DNA of 64,000 nucleotides from Raja brachyura. Its lineage: Eukaryota. Under the pieces are notes generated by a model that saw nothing but the letters and a program-made list of their open reading frames with translations, had not been told where the DNA came from and did no database searches. The stretch's first letter is position 1; every line of letters begins with the position of its first letter. Shown here one piece after another: positions 34,880-48,375 of this stretch. Made by a program: the position numbers and the translations under genes. The DNA lies in NCBI GenBank assembly GCA_963514005.1, contig OY740823.1:2232001-2296000 (forward strand), in the 5' to 3' direction.

Positions 34880-36588
34880 ATAGTGGGGGGGGGGGGGGGG
34901 GGGGAGATTGACAACATGGAAGTATAAAGGTGGAGTTGAAGGGGAAGTGGCAGGAGGAAAAATTACAAAAGATTCCCGAATTAATGAGATGGAAAGCTTG
35001 AGAATGGAGAACAGAGTAAGGTCAGGGCCAATTGCGAGGGGGGGAGTGAATACGGAGGTCAAAGTGCTGTGTATGAATGCGCGAAGTATAAGGAATAAAG
35101 TGGACGAGCTTCAAACTCAGTTTAAAACTGGCAAGTATGATGTTGTGGGAATTACTGAGACATGGCTGCAAGAGGGCCAGGGCTGGGAACTGAATATTCA
35201 AGGGTATACCTCCTATCGAAAAGACAGACTGGTGGGCAGACGGGGTGGGGTTGCCCTGTTGGTGTGGAATGAAATTCAGTCCCTTGCGAGGGGTAGACTG
35301 GGAACATCAGGTTGGTACTGGACCCCAAGAAAGGGACTTTGTAGAATGCCTTCGTGATGGACTCTTTGAACAGCTTGTATTGGAGCCTATCAGGGAGAAG
35401 GCAATTCTGAATTTAGTGTTATGTAATGAACCGAATTTGATAAAGGATCTCGAGGTTAATGAGCCATTAGGAGGCAGTGACCATAACATGGTCCGGTTTA
35501 ATCTACAATTGGAGAGGGAGAAGAGTAGATCGGTGGAGTCAGTGTTGCAGTTGAATAAATGATACTATGGGGCAATGAGGGAGGAGCTGGCCAAAATTCA
35601 CTGGAAAGATACACCAGCAGGGATGACAGTGGAACAAAAATGGCAGGCGTTTCTAGGAATAATACAGAAGGTGCAGGATCAGTTCATTCCTAGGAGGAAG
35701 AAAGATTCCAAGGGGCGAAAGGGACGACCATGGCTGACAAGAGACGTCAGGGACAGTATAAAAATTAAAGCGAAGAAGTACAATGTAGCAAAGATGAGCG
35801 GGAAGCTAGAGGATTGGGTAGTGTTTAAAGAACAACAGAAGATAACCAAAAAGACAATACGGGGAGAAAGGATGGGGTACGAAGGTCAGCTAGCCAAGAA
35901 TATAAAGCAGGACAGTAAAAGCTGCTTTAGGTATGTGAAGAGGAAAACATTAGTTAAGACCAAAGTTGGACCTTTGAAAAAGGTGAATTCATTATGGGGA
36001 ACAAGGAAATGGCAGATGAGGTGAACAGGTACTTTGGATCTGTCTTCACTAAGGAGGACACAAACAATCTTCCTGATATAGTAGTGGCCAGAGGATCAGG
36101 GGTGACAGAAGAACTGAAGGAAATCCACATTAGGCAGGAAATGGTGTTGGATAGATTGATGGGACTGAAGGCTGGTAAATCGTCAGGGCCTGATGGTCTG
36201 CATCCGAGGGCACTTAAGGAAGTGGCTCTAGAAATCGTGGATGCATTGGTGATAATTTTCCAATGTTCTATAAACTGAGGATATGTTCCTGTGGATTGGA
36301 GGGCAGCTAATGTTATCCCACTTTAGCTGCAGGCGGGAGAGAGAAAACGGGGAATTATAGACCAGTTAGCCTGACATCGGTGGTGGAGAAGATGCTGGAG
36401 TCAGTTATAAAATATGAGATAGCCGCACATTTGGATAGCAGGAACAGGATCGGTCCGAGTCAGCGTGGATTTACGAAGGGGAAATAATGCTTAACTAATC
36501 TTCAGGAATTTTTTGAAGATGTAACTAGGAAAATGGACAAGGGAGAGTCAGTGGATGTAGTGTACCTGGGCTTTCAGAAAGCAATTGA

Positions 36589-38909
36589 CAATTAAAAAAG
36601 GCTTTAAAATTGGATAATATATCACTCTGTCTCCCCATTGTTATCAATCCCTTATTCAAACCTTCCATACTGGATAAAGGTTTCACACAGTGGAAAAATA
36701 CGGAATTAAAAAGATGGGATATCTTTATAAGAAAGGTATTTTTCTTTTATTTCAGGAGTTACAACAGATTTATGGACTGCACTCAAATATTTGTTTCAGA
36801 TATCTACAACTTAGAGATTATGTTAAATTCAATACACAAGATTATAGGAGTAGGGAACCAGAAATCTTTGATGAATGTTAGAATAAACATCCTAATACAG
36901 GAAAATTAACAACTTATACCCTTTTAGATAGGGAGGTCCCAGCGACGGAATCATATAACTTGGTTAAGAAGGTTCAATCTTTGGGTGTTAATGGCTGAGT
37001 AGCAAGATGGATTCAACAGTGGCTGAATGGGAGATGTCAAAGAGTAATGGTAGATGGCTGTTTGTCAGGTTGGAAGCCGGTGACCAGCGGGGTGACTCGG
37101 GGATCTGTGTTGGGTCCACTGTTGTTTGTCATGTACATCAATGATCGGGATGATGGGGTGGAAAATTGGATAAGTAAGTATGCAGATGATGCTAAGATAG
37201 GTGGTGTTGTGGATAATGAAGTAGATTTTCAAAGTCTACAGAGAAATTTGGGCCATTTGTAAAAGTGGGCTGAAAGATGGCAGATGTAGTTTAATGCTGA
37301 TAAGTGTGAACTGCTACATCTTGGCAGGACAAATCAAAATAGGACGTACATGGTAAATGGTAGGGAATTGAGGAATGCTGTGTAACAGAGGGATCTAGGC
37401 ATAACTGTGCATAGTTCCCTGAAGGTCGAATCGCATGTAGGTAAAGAAAGCTTTTGGTGTGCTGGCCTTTATAAATCAGAGCATTGAATATAGGAGTAGG
37501 GAAGTACTGTTAAAATTGTACAAGGCATTGGTGAGACCAATTCTGGAGTATGGTGTAAGATTTTGGTCGCCTAATTATAGGAAGGATGTCAACAAAATAG
37601 AGAGAGTACAGAGGAGATTTACTAGAATGTTGCCTGCGTTCCAGTGACTAAGTTACAGAGAAAGGTTGAACAAGTTAAGTCTTTATTCTTTGGAGCGCCG
37701 AAGATTAAGGGGGGACTTGATTGAGGTCTTTAAAATGAAGAAAGGGATAGACGGAGTTGACGTGGATAAGCTTTTCCCATTGAGGGTAGGGAAGATTCAA
37801 ACAAGAGGGCATGACATGAGAATTAAGGGACAGAAGTTTAGGGGTAACAAGAGGGGGAACTTCTTTACTCAGAGAGTGGTGGCTGTGTGGAATGATCTTC
37901 CAGCAGAAGTGGTGGAGACAGGATCGATTTTAACATTTAAAAGTAAAGTGGATAGGTATATGGACGGGAAGGGAATGGAGGGGTATGGTCTGAGTTCAGG
38001 TAGATGGGACTAGGGGAAAATAAATGGTCGGCACGGACTGGAAGGTCCGAGAGGGCCTGTTTCCGTGCTGTAATTGTTATATGGTTATATCTTATATGGG
38101 AAAATGAATTAGGTCAACCTATAGCGAAAGATATTTGGGACAAAAGTCTACAACAAACACATCAATGCTCGTTAAATTCCAGACATGTTTTAATACAATT
38201 TAAAGTATTACACAGATTACATTACTCTAAAGTAAAATTAAATAGAATTTTCCCACATATCTCTCATATCTGTGATAAATGTCAGCATCTAAAGGCTAAC
38301 TTAACATACTTTTGCAAATTGTATAAAAATAAAAAAATTCTGGATTGATATTTTAGAATAATTTCTGAAGTTGTTAATACTAAACTGGATCCCGACTCAA
38401 AACTAATAATATTTGGAATATCAGAACAAAGTCTAACACTCACAACAAGCCAAAGAAACGTTCTAGACCACAGTATAATAACTGGGAAGAAATGAATATT
38501 AAAATTTTGGAAATATCTTATAACCCCCACAATTAATATGTGGATTATGGAAATGTCGGAGACCCTACAACTGGTAAGAATCAGATTTGTCTTAGCGGAC
38601 AAACAAGAACTTTTTCTTAGAATATGGTCTTCATTCATCGATTATTTGAAAGGGTAGATTGGTTCGGCACGGGAACCTAACTGAAACCTAACTGAAACTT
38701 GAACTCCGGATCAGATGAAAAGTTATACTTTTTTTTAGCTTGACATTTATGGGTTTTTTTCTCTTTGTTTCTTAGTTTCTAGCTATATTTAAAAAAATTA
38801 GAAGCAGAATGAATCCTCAATTGATAATATTAATAATGTATGATTGATACACATGAAATGTTTTCACCATAATATATGTTTGCTTCTAATAAAAATATAT
38901 TTAAAAAAA
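36589..38909 (+). mobile_element. 5'-truncated L1-clade LINE nested in CR1
   Basis: AT-rich ORF2 C-terminus (NPLFKP, YLQLRDY, IQFKVLHRLHY, CDKC), AATAAA and poly(A); 13-bp TSD AGAAAGCAATTGA (36576-36588) / AGAAAGCATTTGA (38910-38922). Confidence 0.88.
36960..38090 (+). mobile_element. CR1 (GTTATATG-tail subfamily) nested in the L1
   Basis: KYADD RT motif through the 3' tail; the L1 frame resumes at ..IWENELGQ. Confidence 0.88.
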
Positions 38910-39667
38910 AGAAAGCATTTGATAAGGTCCCACATAGGAGATTAGTGGGCAAAATTAGGGCACATAGTATTGGCGGTAGAGTGCTGACACGGATAGAGAA
39001 GTGGTGGGCAGACAGGAAACAAAGAGTAGGGATTAACGGGTCCCTTTCAGAATGGCAGGCAGTGACTAGTGGGGTACCGCAAGGATCGGTGCTGGGACCG
39101 CAGCTATTTACAATATACATCAATGATTTGGATGAAGGGATTCAAAGTAACATTAGGAAATTTGCAGATGACACAAAGCTGGGTGGCAGTGTGAACTGTG
39201 AGGAGGATGCTATGAGAATGCAGGGTGACTTGGACAGATTGGGTGAGTGGGCAGATGCATGGCAGATGAAGTTTAATGCGAATAAATGTGAGGTTATCCA
39301 CTTTGGTAGCAAAAACAAGCAGGCAGATTACTATCTAAATGGCGTTAAGTTGGGAAAAGGGGAAGTACAACGGGATCTGGGGGTCCTTGTATGTCAGGCA
39401 GTGAAGAAAGCGAATGGCATGTTGGCCTTTATAACAAGAGGAATCGAATATAGGAGCAAAGAGGTCCTTCTGCATTTGAGGAAGGACATTCTTGCTATTG
39501 AGGGAGTGCAGCGTAGGTTTACAAGGTTAATTCCCGGAATGGTGGGTCTGTCATATGCTGAGAGAATGGAGCAGCTGGGCTGGTACACTTTAGAAGGATG
39601 AGAGGGGATCTCATTGAAACATATTAGATTTTTAAGGGCTTGGACACACTAGAGGCAGGAAACATGT

Positions 39668-42511
39668 GACTTGGGAAGCGCGGAGGCTACCGAGCTAGGC
39701 TGAGATCAAACCCGCACCAGCCAGCTCTGCCCAGCATTTTCGCGCAAATGCCCGGTCCCTGGTGAGTAAAACCGACGAACTTCGGCTGCGGATCACCACA
39801 CACAGACGGATCGCCGACTGCAACGCCATGGTCTTCACCGAAACATAGCTCACCGACAACATTCCGGACAAAGCCATCGAGCTAGAGGGTCGCACTGTCT
39901 TCAGGGCCGACGGATCAGCGGAGGACTCCGGTAAGACCAAGGGCGGCGGACTGTGCATCTGTGTGAACAACTCATGGTGCACAGACGCTGTCAGGATTGG
40001 TAGTCACTGCTCTGCTGACCTGAAATACCTGATGTTAAAGTGCAGGCCCTTCTGTCTGCCCAGGGAATTTACATCGACTGTCATCACTGCAGTCTATGTA
40101 CCCCCGGACGCTAATGCCAGGCTTGCAATGGAAGAGCTGCAAGCTGCTATCAGCAAACAACTAACTGCTCACCCACAGGGGGCTTTTATTGTTGCGGGTG
40201 ATTTTAACCACCCCAATCTTAAAACTGTGCTCCCCAGATTCCACCAACATGTCTCCTGCCCAACCAGAGGTAACAATATTCTGGACCTAGTATATACCAA
40301 TATTACTGAAGCATACAAAGTCCTCCCTCTCCCCCACCTGGGACAGTCTGACCACCTCTCTCTGTCCCTGCTCCCCAAATACACACCTCTGATCAGACGT
40401 GTGAAACCTACCGTGAGGACAGTGAAGGTCTGGCCTGAGGGGGCTGTCTCTATTTTACAGGAACAGTTTCAGCAAACAGACTGGAGTGTGTTTGCCACCC
40501 AGGCCACCTTTAACTCCTATGTGGACATCAACTCATACACCTCAACCGTTCTGGACTATATAAAATTCTGCACTGATAACGTCACTACCCGTAAAGAGAT
40601 AAAGACCTTCCCAAACCAGAAGCCGTGGATGAGCAGGGAGGTCAGACTCCTGCTGAAGGCTCGAGACGCCGCTTTTAAATCTGGCGACGCTGATGGATAC
40701 AGCTCATCCAGGGCCAATCTGAAATAGGGAATTAGGAATGCTAAACTCAATCACAAACGGCGGATTGAGGAGCATTTCCGAAACAACTCTGACCCCAGGC
40801 GCATGTGGCAAGGAATCAAATCCATTGCCGATTACCATAAAGTCAACAACCCCCCCCAGACAACGCCCCCCTTCCTGATGAGGGTAACCGTTTCTATGCT
40901 CACTTTGACCGGGCCAACAAAACTCCAGCCATCAAAGTTGCTCCACCCCTGAATGAACAACCCCTCAGTCTCTCCATCTCTGCTGTACAAGACGCACTGA
41001 GCACGGTGAATGAGCACAAAGCTGCCGGCCCCGATGGCATCGCAGGTCGGTTGCTCAGGGCATGTGCTGGACAACTATCCCTGGTCCTCACTGACATTTT
41101 CAATCTGTCACTGGCCCAGGGTGTCATACCCACTTGCCTCAAAACATCTACCATTGTGCCAGTGCCCAAACAATCAGCGACAGGGAGTCTCAACGACTTG
41201 CGGCCAGTGGCACTCACCCCTGTCATCGCCAAGTGCTTTGAGCGGCTGATCTTGGCTCACCTCAAAGCCAGCCTCCCCCCCCCCCCCCCCCCCCCACACT
41301 GGACCCCCACCAATTTGCCTACCGGACAAACAGGTCTACAGAGGACGCGATATCGGCGGCCCTAAACTCTTCCCTGACCCACCTGGACAGCAACAACACC
41401 TACATCAGGCTGCTGTTCATTGACTTCAGATCCGCCTTTAACATTGTCATACCCGCTAGCTTGATCACCAAACTCAGCGGTCTTGGCATCTCCACCTCCC
41501 TCTGCAATTCGACACTGGATTTCCTCACTAACAGACCACAGTCTGTTAGGGTCAACAACCTCACCTCCTCCACTATAACACTGAACACCGGCGTGCCACA
41601 GGGCTGTGTGCTCAGCCCTCTCCTCTACTTCCTCTTCACCCATGACTGTATCCCTAAGTATGGCTCCAACGCCATCATAAAATTTGCCGACGACACCACG
41701 GTGGTGGGACTGATCAGCGACAACGACGAGTCAGCTTACAGGGAGGAGGTCCAGCACCTGACTACCTGGTGTGCCAACAATAAGCTCGTCCTCAACTCCC
41801 AGAAGACGAAGGAAATCATTGTTGACTTTAGGAAGAACAGAGGGGGCAGACACACCCCTATCCATATAAACGGGACTGAGGTGGAGCGGGTATCCAACTA
41901 CAAATTCCTCGGGATACACATCTCGGAGGATCTGTCCTGGTCCCTCAACACCTCAAAGCTGATCAAAAAGGCGCAGCAGCGCCTTTACTTCCTGAGGAGG
42001 CTCAAAAAAGCCCACCTGTCCCCCCAGATCCTGACCAATATTTACCGCTGTACCATCGAAAGCATCCTGACCACCTGCTTTACGGTATGGTACAGCAGTT
42101 GCACCGTGGCAGACAGGAAGGCACTACAACGGGTGGTGAAAACCGCCCAGTACATCATCGGTGCCCCACTTCCTGCTATGGATGCCCTCTACCGAAAACG
42201 GTGTCTGAAACGGGCCAGGAAGATCATCAAGACCCCTCACACCCTAACCATGGACTGTTTGCCCTCCTACCATCAGGGAGGCGGTACAGGAGCCTCAGGT
42301 CCCGCACTAGTAGGATGAGGAACAGCTTCTACAATAACACCATCACACTGCTGAACTCGGAGTCCCGCCGATAGATTTCTCCAGTCTCTTCGTCCACATT
42401 GTCTGCATTCTGTATTTATTTTCTATATTGCTACCACTTCTAACTGATTAACTGCATTTTTTGTACCTATACTTGTATCTGTGCAATGACATTAAAGTTG
42501 AATTGTATTGA
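39668..42511 (+). mobile_element. Rex1/Babar-clade LINE nested in CR1
   Basis: Endonuclease (KCRPFCLPREFT, AGDFNH, SDH), RT ([22 protein letters not shown]), [14 protein letters not shown]; (TTGAA)-type tail; few disablements. Confidence 0.88.
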
Positions 42512-42850
42512 ATGTTCCCGAGGTTGGGGGAGTCCAGGACTGGGGCCACAGTTTAAGAATAAGGAGTAAGCCATTTACAACGGAGACGAGGAAACACTTG
42601 TTCTCACAGAGAGTGGTGAGTCTGTGGAATTCTTTGCCTCAGTGGGCGGTGGATGCAGGTTCTCTGGATGCTTTCAAGAGAGAGCTAGATAGGGCTCTTA
42701 AAAAGAGCATAGTCAGGGGATATGGCGAGAAGGCAGGAACGGGGTACTGATTTGGGATGATAAGCCATGATCAAATTGAATGGCGGTGCTGGCGCGAAGG
42801 GCCTAATGGCCTACTCCTGCACCCATTGTCTATTGTCTATTGTCAATTGT

Positions 42851-43835
42851 CAACGCACCCATAATCTGAAATGCATGTTTGGCAAGATAACGAAATTTCA
42901 TGATGAATATACGTATTTCCTAAAGGATACGATTAACAAATGATTATGCCGAAATGGTACCAACAAACCAACTTAATTGAAGTGATGGAGAGCTTTGGTA
43001 CATTCCACACCATGGGCTTATTACCTGTAGAAAGGGACCTTGAGGGTGGTCTTGTACTATGCTGCAGTCTTCAAAGGAGCATCACTTAATTGTCAATTAC
43101 TGCAAGGTCCAGACCTTACCAACCTTGCTGGAGTTCTTATTAAATTCAGACAAGAACCAATTGCGTTGATGGCTGATATTGAAGCGATGTTTCATCAAGT
43201 TAAAATATCAGAAAATCACATTGACTACTTGCGATTCCTTTGGTGGCCTGAAGGGGATGCACAGCAAGATATTCTTGAATATCGGATGAAGGTACATCTC
43301 TTCGGAGCAGTGTCATCACCTAAGTGCGCTAACTTTGCATTAAAGAAGACGGCAGAGGGAAATAAAGCTCACTTTCCAGAAGAAGTCATAACCACTGTGA
43401 AGAATAATTTCTATGTGGATGATTCATTAAAATCCATGTCTTCGGAGCAGGGATATTTCAATAGGTGAAATATCTGACTTTCCTCTGCAATAAGGGCGGA
43501 TTCACGCTTTCCAAGTGAATCAACAACAGTCGTGTTGGATTGGAAAGCATTCCACCAGATGATAGAGCCAAGGAAACCAGTGAGTTGGGTGTGGACAAAG
43601 ACAATCTGCCAATGGAAAGAACAAGCAGATCTGCTAATGTTTCACAATGGAAATATCTTAACACAAAGGAAAATGCTGCGGATGCAGCTTCTGGAGATCT
43701 ATCAGCAGACCGCTGCTTAAGTAATAGGAGATGGATCAATGGACCAGAGTTTCTCTGTAAGTTAGACAGAGAACGGCCAAAACTTGAGCTGGGATTTGAA
43801 ATCTCTGCTAATGATCCGGAAATTAAAGGTAACTG
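42851..43835 (+). mobile_element. BEL/Pao remnant, RT part
   Basis: [43 protein letters not shown]; internal deletion before the RNase H end. Confidence 0.88.
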
Positions 43836-43879
43836 GTTATAGTTAGAGCATACTGAGTTCAGCTAAATTACTACTACAG

Positions 43880-44720
43880 TTACTACGTCAAGACTAGCAG
43901 CCCTCTCCAGCCACTGTCGGAGGGCCAATTAGTTCGTTTGAAGACGGCGAAAGGTCACGATCGTCTGGGTATCGTGGAGGAATTCTGCCCAGAGCCAAGA
44001 TCTGACCTGATCAGATCGGAAGGAGGGGTCTACAGGCGGAACAGAAGACACATCCTCCCAGTCAATCAGCCAGTGCCATCCCAACAGTATTCGCAGGAAT
44101 GCTCGAATGTCCCCGATGTCATTCCATGGTCCAGTAGGGACACTGTAGGATTCAAGGGTGATCGGGTGCCTGCTGACCCCCAGCTAGTTCTGATGCCAGC
44201 TCATGAGCCACCAGGTTTGATGGCGAAATAAGCGACAAAGCCCACGGTGTTGTTACCTGCTAAGTCACCTGCGCCTACTGAGAAGTCACCTGAAAAGGGG
44301 GAAGCTGAGAGTTTGTACCCTACACGTGCAGGACGGGTTTGCAAGCCTACCCGAAAGTACAAAGACTATGTTTGAAAATTGGTTATGGACTTTAACCAAC
44401 CCATTGATCAACATCTTTCATTGTATTCATTTTACTTGTGTATATCACCCAATGCTCGACTGTGGCCTATCAGTGCTTACATCCGTATATTGTTATGTCA
44501 TAGTTTATCATATATACTTTAATAGCCTCAAGCGTAGGCTTAAGAATGAGGATGTAGATCAATCATGTTAGCGGATCTGATCGTATCTGAGTTTAGTGAT
44601 GGACACCCGGCCCGTAATCCAGTTCGGGTTTTCTATATATTATTCCGCTGGCATATAGTGACAGTAGCCATCAGCTAGTTAGTTAGTCCTGGAGTCCGGA
44701 GATGATAGCACTGTAATTCG
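43880..44720 (+). mobile_element. Gypsy-type LTR element 3' end (integrase C-terminus, PPT, start of LTR)
   Basis: PLSEGQLVRL...PRS.LI..EGGVYRRNRRHIL, TRAGRVCKP..YKDYV*, then a purine tract and TGT at 44553. Confidence 0.7.
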
Positions 44721-44721
44721 G

Positions 44722-45583
44722 CAAGGTCGGTGGGGGCGCTGCAAGCCGGCAGCCCTGTCAGCAGTGTGTTAGTCATTTCAATTTTTTATTTTTTTAGTGT
44801 CTTTTAAAGCATGTTTTTAATGTTTATTTGTGTGTCCTGTGTGGGGGGGGGGGGGGGGGGGGGGGTGGTGTGGGGGGGGTGAGGGGGAAACCGTTTTGGT
44901 CGCCTCCCTCACGGAGAGGCGACTTTTTCCAGGTCGCCTCCCCCGGAGCCTAACAACGAAGATCGAGCGGCCTTTCCCGGAGACGCGTCCGGGGCTTCAG
45001 CGGCGGGCGCAGCGCGGACTCTCGGCATGGAGCTGGTGAACCCTCGCCGGAGGGGAGCGCTCCGTTTAGCTGGCCCGCGGCAGCCAGTAACCTGAAGTCG
45101 CGGTCTGCAGAGCTCCAGCTGGCGCGGAGTCCGCAGCCTGGAATCCCCCGTTGGGGACCCGGGAGAAGAAGAAGCTTCCACTTCTACCGCGGGCCCGGCG
45201 TGGACTTACCATCAGGAGCGGTGTCCCTCGCCGGAGATCGCTGGAGCTTCGACTGCCGGCCCTGTGGTCTGCGGCGCGGCGGGGAATTTAGATCTTCGAC
45301 CGCCGGCCTGCGGCCTACACCAACCTGAAGCCGCGGTCTCCGGTGGGGAAGACCCGATTCTGGACTTACCTGGACTTTTACCTGTCTGTACATCTGGACG
45401 CCCGCAGCGGCGGCTGCGGAGGGTTGAGGTCCCGACCACAGGGAAAAATGGAGGACGACTGGCCAATTTTTTTGCCTTCCACCACACTAATGAATGCTGT
45501 TTTTTGTGTGTTCTTTATCATTGTACCGCTGCTGACAAATTCATTTCAATTCATTCAATTCATTCACTTGCACTTTGTGTGCA
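44722..45583 (+). repeat. Unclassified GC-rich interspersed repeat (copy 1)
   Basis: Shares architecture and CGTGGACTTACCATC (45199-45213) with 47590-48375. Confidence 0.55.
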
Positions 45584-45729
45584 NNNNNNNNNNNNNNNNN
45601 NNNNNNNNNNNNNNNNNNNNNNNNNNNNNNNNNNNNNNNNNNNNNNNNNNNNNNNNNNNNNNNNNNNNNNNNNNNNNNNNNNNNNNNNNNNNNNNNNNNN
45701 NNNNNNNNNNNNNNNNNNNNNNNNNNNNN
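45584..45729. other. Assembly gap (146 N)
   Basis: N run. Confidence 1.
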
Positions 45730-46247
45730 CCCCCTAGCCTGGTTCAATCAAGCACCGAATACGAAACACTGGAATCCAACTCTCTTTATCGTATAACACC
45801 AATACAATATCTAGTTCAATACCGCTAGTCTGATCCTTGCCTCCACTCATTCGAGCCAATCAGCCTTGTGCGAATAGAACAACTCCAGAAGATCAGCTCA
45901 AACCAATACGCTATCCTAGAAGATCGGCACACCCCAATGTGCTCTCCCCTCTTTTATACCCTTACGGACCCTTGGCGCGAAAATATATGGGGGCGGGGGA
46001 AACCCCTACAAGCCAATTATCAATAAGGATTACACAATACACTAAACGACAGTTCCCTAAGGCAATCACAAAACTTCACATAACACACATTCGATAGAAA
46101 GCACTCAGTGGGAAACAATGCTACTAAGTAAAGAAACATTATACGAGGTAAAGTAAACAGTTTGGGCAAGGCCCCTCTCCTTGACCAATCACAAGGAACG
46201 GCGCGAAGACCATGCAACAAAGTCCACAATATTATTGTAACCTATCA
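45730..46247 (-). mobile_element. Probable LTR (ERV- or Gypsy-like) preceded by a polypurine-like tract
   Basis: Minus strand: GGTTGGGAAA|TGATAGG start, CCAAT motifs, TATAAAAG at 45950-45957; runs into the gap. Confidence 0.5.
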
Positions 46248-46693
46248 TTTCCCAACCAATCCCAATGATACACTTGCAACAGGGCTAGTACCTTCTGCAA
46301 AACCTCATGCATATTAACAATTAAAGACCATCTGGACATCAACCTTTATTCAACCTTGTCGGAGGCTACAGGCACTCTGGAGCCATGTTCCTCATGTCCT
46401 TGCACCTTTAGCAAAAGATGATTAGCACGTTTTACAGAAGCAGAAATCCTCAATTTTTTCAAGCACCCGAAATGCCTGAAATTATCAGCACTACTATGTG
46501 TTTCCTCCGTATATTCACTCAATAAAGAACTTGTAGTTGAAGTTGATCGACTCAGTGTTATCACAGCTTCAACTCTTTTCCCTGCTATCATCTATACCGT
46601 CAGGTGGTATAGAAGCCTAAAATTTCACGAAGGTGATAGAACACGGCCCACCTGTTGCACGACCATAGACTTGTCGAATTGCCTTTGGCATAG

Positions 46694-47375
46694 TACATCT
46701 CTGAGGATATGACATGGACATCACACGCTGAGCACTGGTGAGAAAGGCAAGGCAGCGCCTTTAACACCTCAGTCAATTGAGGAAATTCAGAGTGTCTCTG
46801 AGGATCCTCCAGTGCTTCTACTCAGTGGCTGTGGAAAGCATCTTGGCCGGAAATATCACGATTTGGTTTGGGAAATGCTCTTTCAGGACAAGAAGGCTCT
46901 GCAGAGAGTAATGCGTTCGGCCGAACGCACTATGGGAACTTCACTCACCCCCCTGCAGGAACTATACATCAGAAGGTGCGACTCCAGAGCGAACAAGATA
47001 ATGGGAGACCCCTTACACACCAGCAACGGACTGTTCCAGCTACTACGGTCAGGCAAACCCCTCCGTTGCCATGCTGTGAAAACGGAGAGGATAAGAAGGA
47101 GTTTCTACCCCAGAGGCCATTAGGACTGTAAACTCCCACCTCACCAGGGACTAGCTTTACTGTACCATTTTACTGTTCTGTGGTGTCTTTTTAAAATGTC
47201 TGTTTTTTTCTTTTTTCCTCACACAAATATGTAATATGTGAATATGTGATTTTGTTCCATTCTATTTCGTAGTTTTTTGGGTTTCTTTTTTGCACAATCC
47301 GCGAGAACTGCCACCTTTCATTTCACTGCACATCTGGTATGTGTATGTGACGAATATACCTGACTTGACATGACT
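46694..47375 (+). mobile_element. Rex1-like LINE 3' fragment
   Basis: HISEDMTW, VRKARQRL, DKKALQRV, HTSNGLFQLLRSG, T.R.RRSFYP; (GACTT)-type tail. Confidence 0.8.
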
Positions 47376-47589
47376 TTTGCAATATTTTTTCTTATTATTA
47401 TCTGGAGGTATTTATGTTCATTTCAGGTACAATTTATACATTATCATCATTTGGTGTGTTACATCAGTATACGACTGCATGCTGTTTGAAAGCACGGTGT
47501 ACGTTGTTCCTATGTCTCGATTGGTATGTCAAGACACTTATGCCAAACGCCAAGAGTACTTTATTGTCATATGCCCCGAAATGGAGCAA

Positions 47590-48375
47590 CATGCCACCAG
47601 GTGGCGCCTCAGCGATGGCAGCCTCGCGAACAGTCTGTCTTCCTTTTCGTCCTTTTTCTTATTTATGTTCGTTTCATAAGTACGTGTTAATATTCTCCGG
47701 TTTCTTTTATGTGGGGGGTGAATGAGGGGGACGGGAGAAATATATATATATTTTACCTTGCCAATGATGCGATTGTTTTCCGGATCGTACATCCGGTCAC
47801 CCTGCGGCCAAACATCATGGCGCTGGCTGTCTTTCTCGAGACTAACTTTCAGCACCACCTCGGGGCCGTGGACTTACCATCGGAGCCTGCAATCCTTTCC
47901 CTGGGATCGACGCTCCAACCGCGGCCTACGGATTTCAATATCGAAGAGCTAACAGTCTCGGGTAGAAACTGAAGTCGGGAGCCTTCAAAGTCGCACAAGG
48001 CTCGACTAGCCCCGACCCGGTGTCTCATCGCCCGGCAAGGGGGAGCTGCGATTCCCCCGATGCGGGAGCTTGATCGCCCCGATGCGGAGGGCTCGACCGC
48101 CGGGGGATAACAAAGGGGCCGGGAGCCAAAATTGCCCCGACAACGGAAGGATCGAGTGCCCCCACCGCGGGATAACAAAGAAGGGAAGACGATTGAACTT
48201 GTTTTTCCATCCGTCACAGTGAGGAATATCGGGAGCAGCTGTGGTGGATGTTCATGTTAAAATGTAATTTGTGTGTCTTGTTGCTGTATGATTGTATGGC
48301 AAATCACATTCTTTGTATGTTGCAAAACATACTTGGCTAATAAAGTACTATTAAGATTACGATTGTTATGATTAT
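47590..48375 (+). repeat. Unclassified GC-rich interspersed repeat (copy 2) with AATAAA and (GATTA)n-like tail
   Basis: Related to 44722-45583; internal sub-repeats CCCCGATGCGG and GGATAACAAAG. Confidence 0.55.

Larger units (their letters stand above)
33422..42850 (+). mobile_element. Near full-length CR1 LINE (5'UTR, ORF1, ORF2, tail) inserted in BEL and itself carrying nested insertions
   Basis: Duplicated 5'UTR block (33424 and 33569), ORF1, endonuclease (CMNARSIRNK, ITETWL, SDH), RT and tail; removing it restores the BEL frame MSLPNDRRMAEQ|RTHNLK. Confidence 0.9.

Noticed and set aside
45364-45373. ACTTACCTGG matches the U1 snRNA 5' end
   Set aside because: Only 10 nt and the rest of U1 is absent; equivalent to an antisense splice donor
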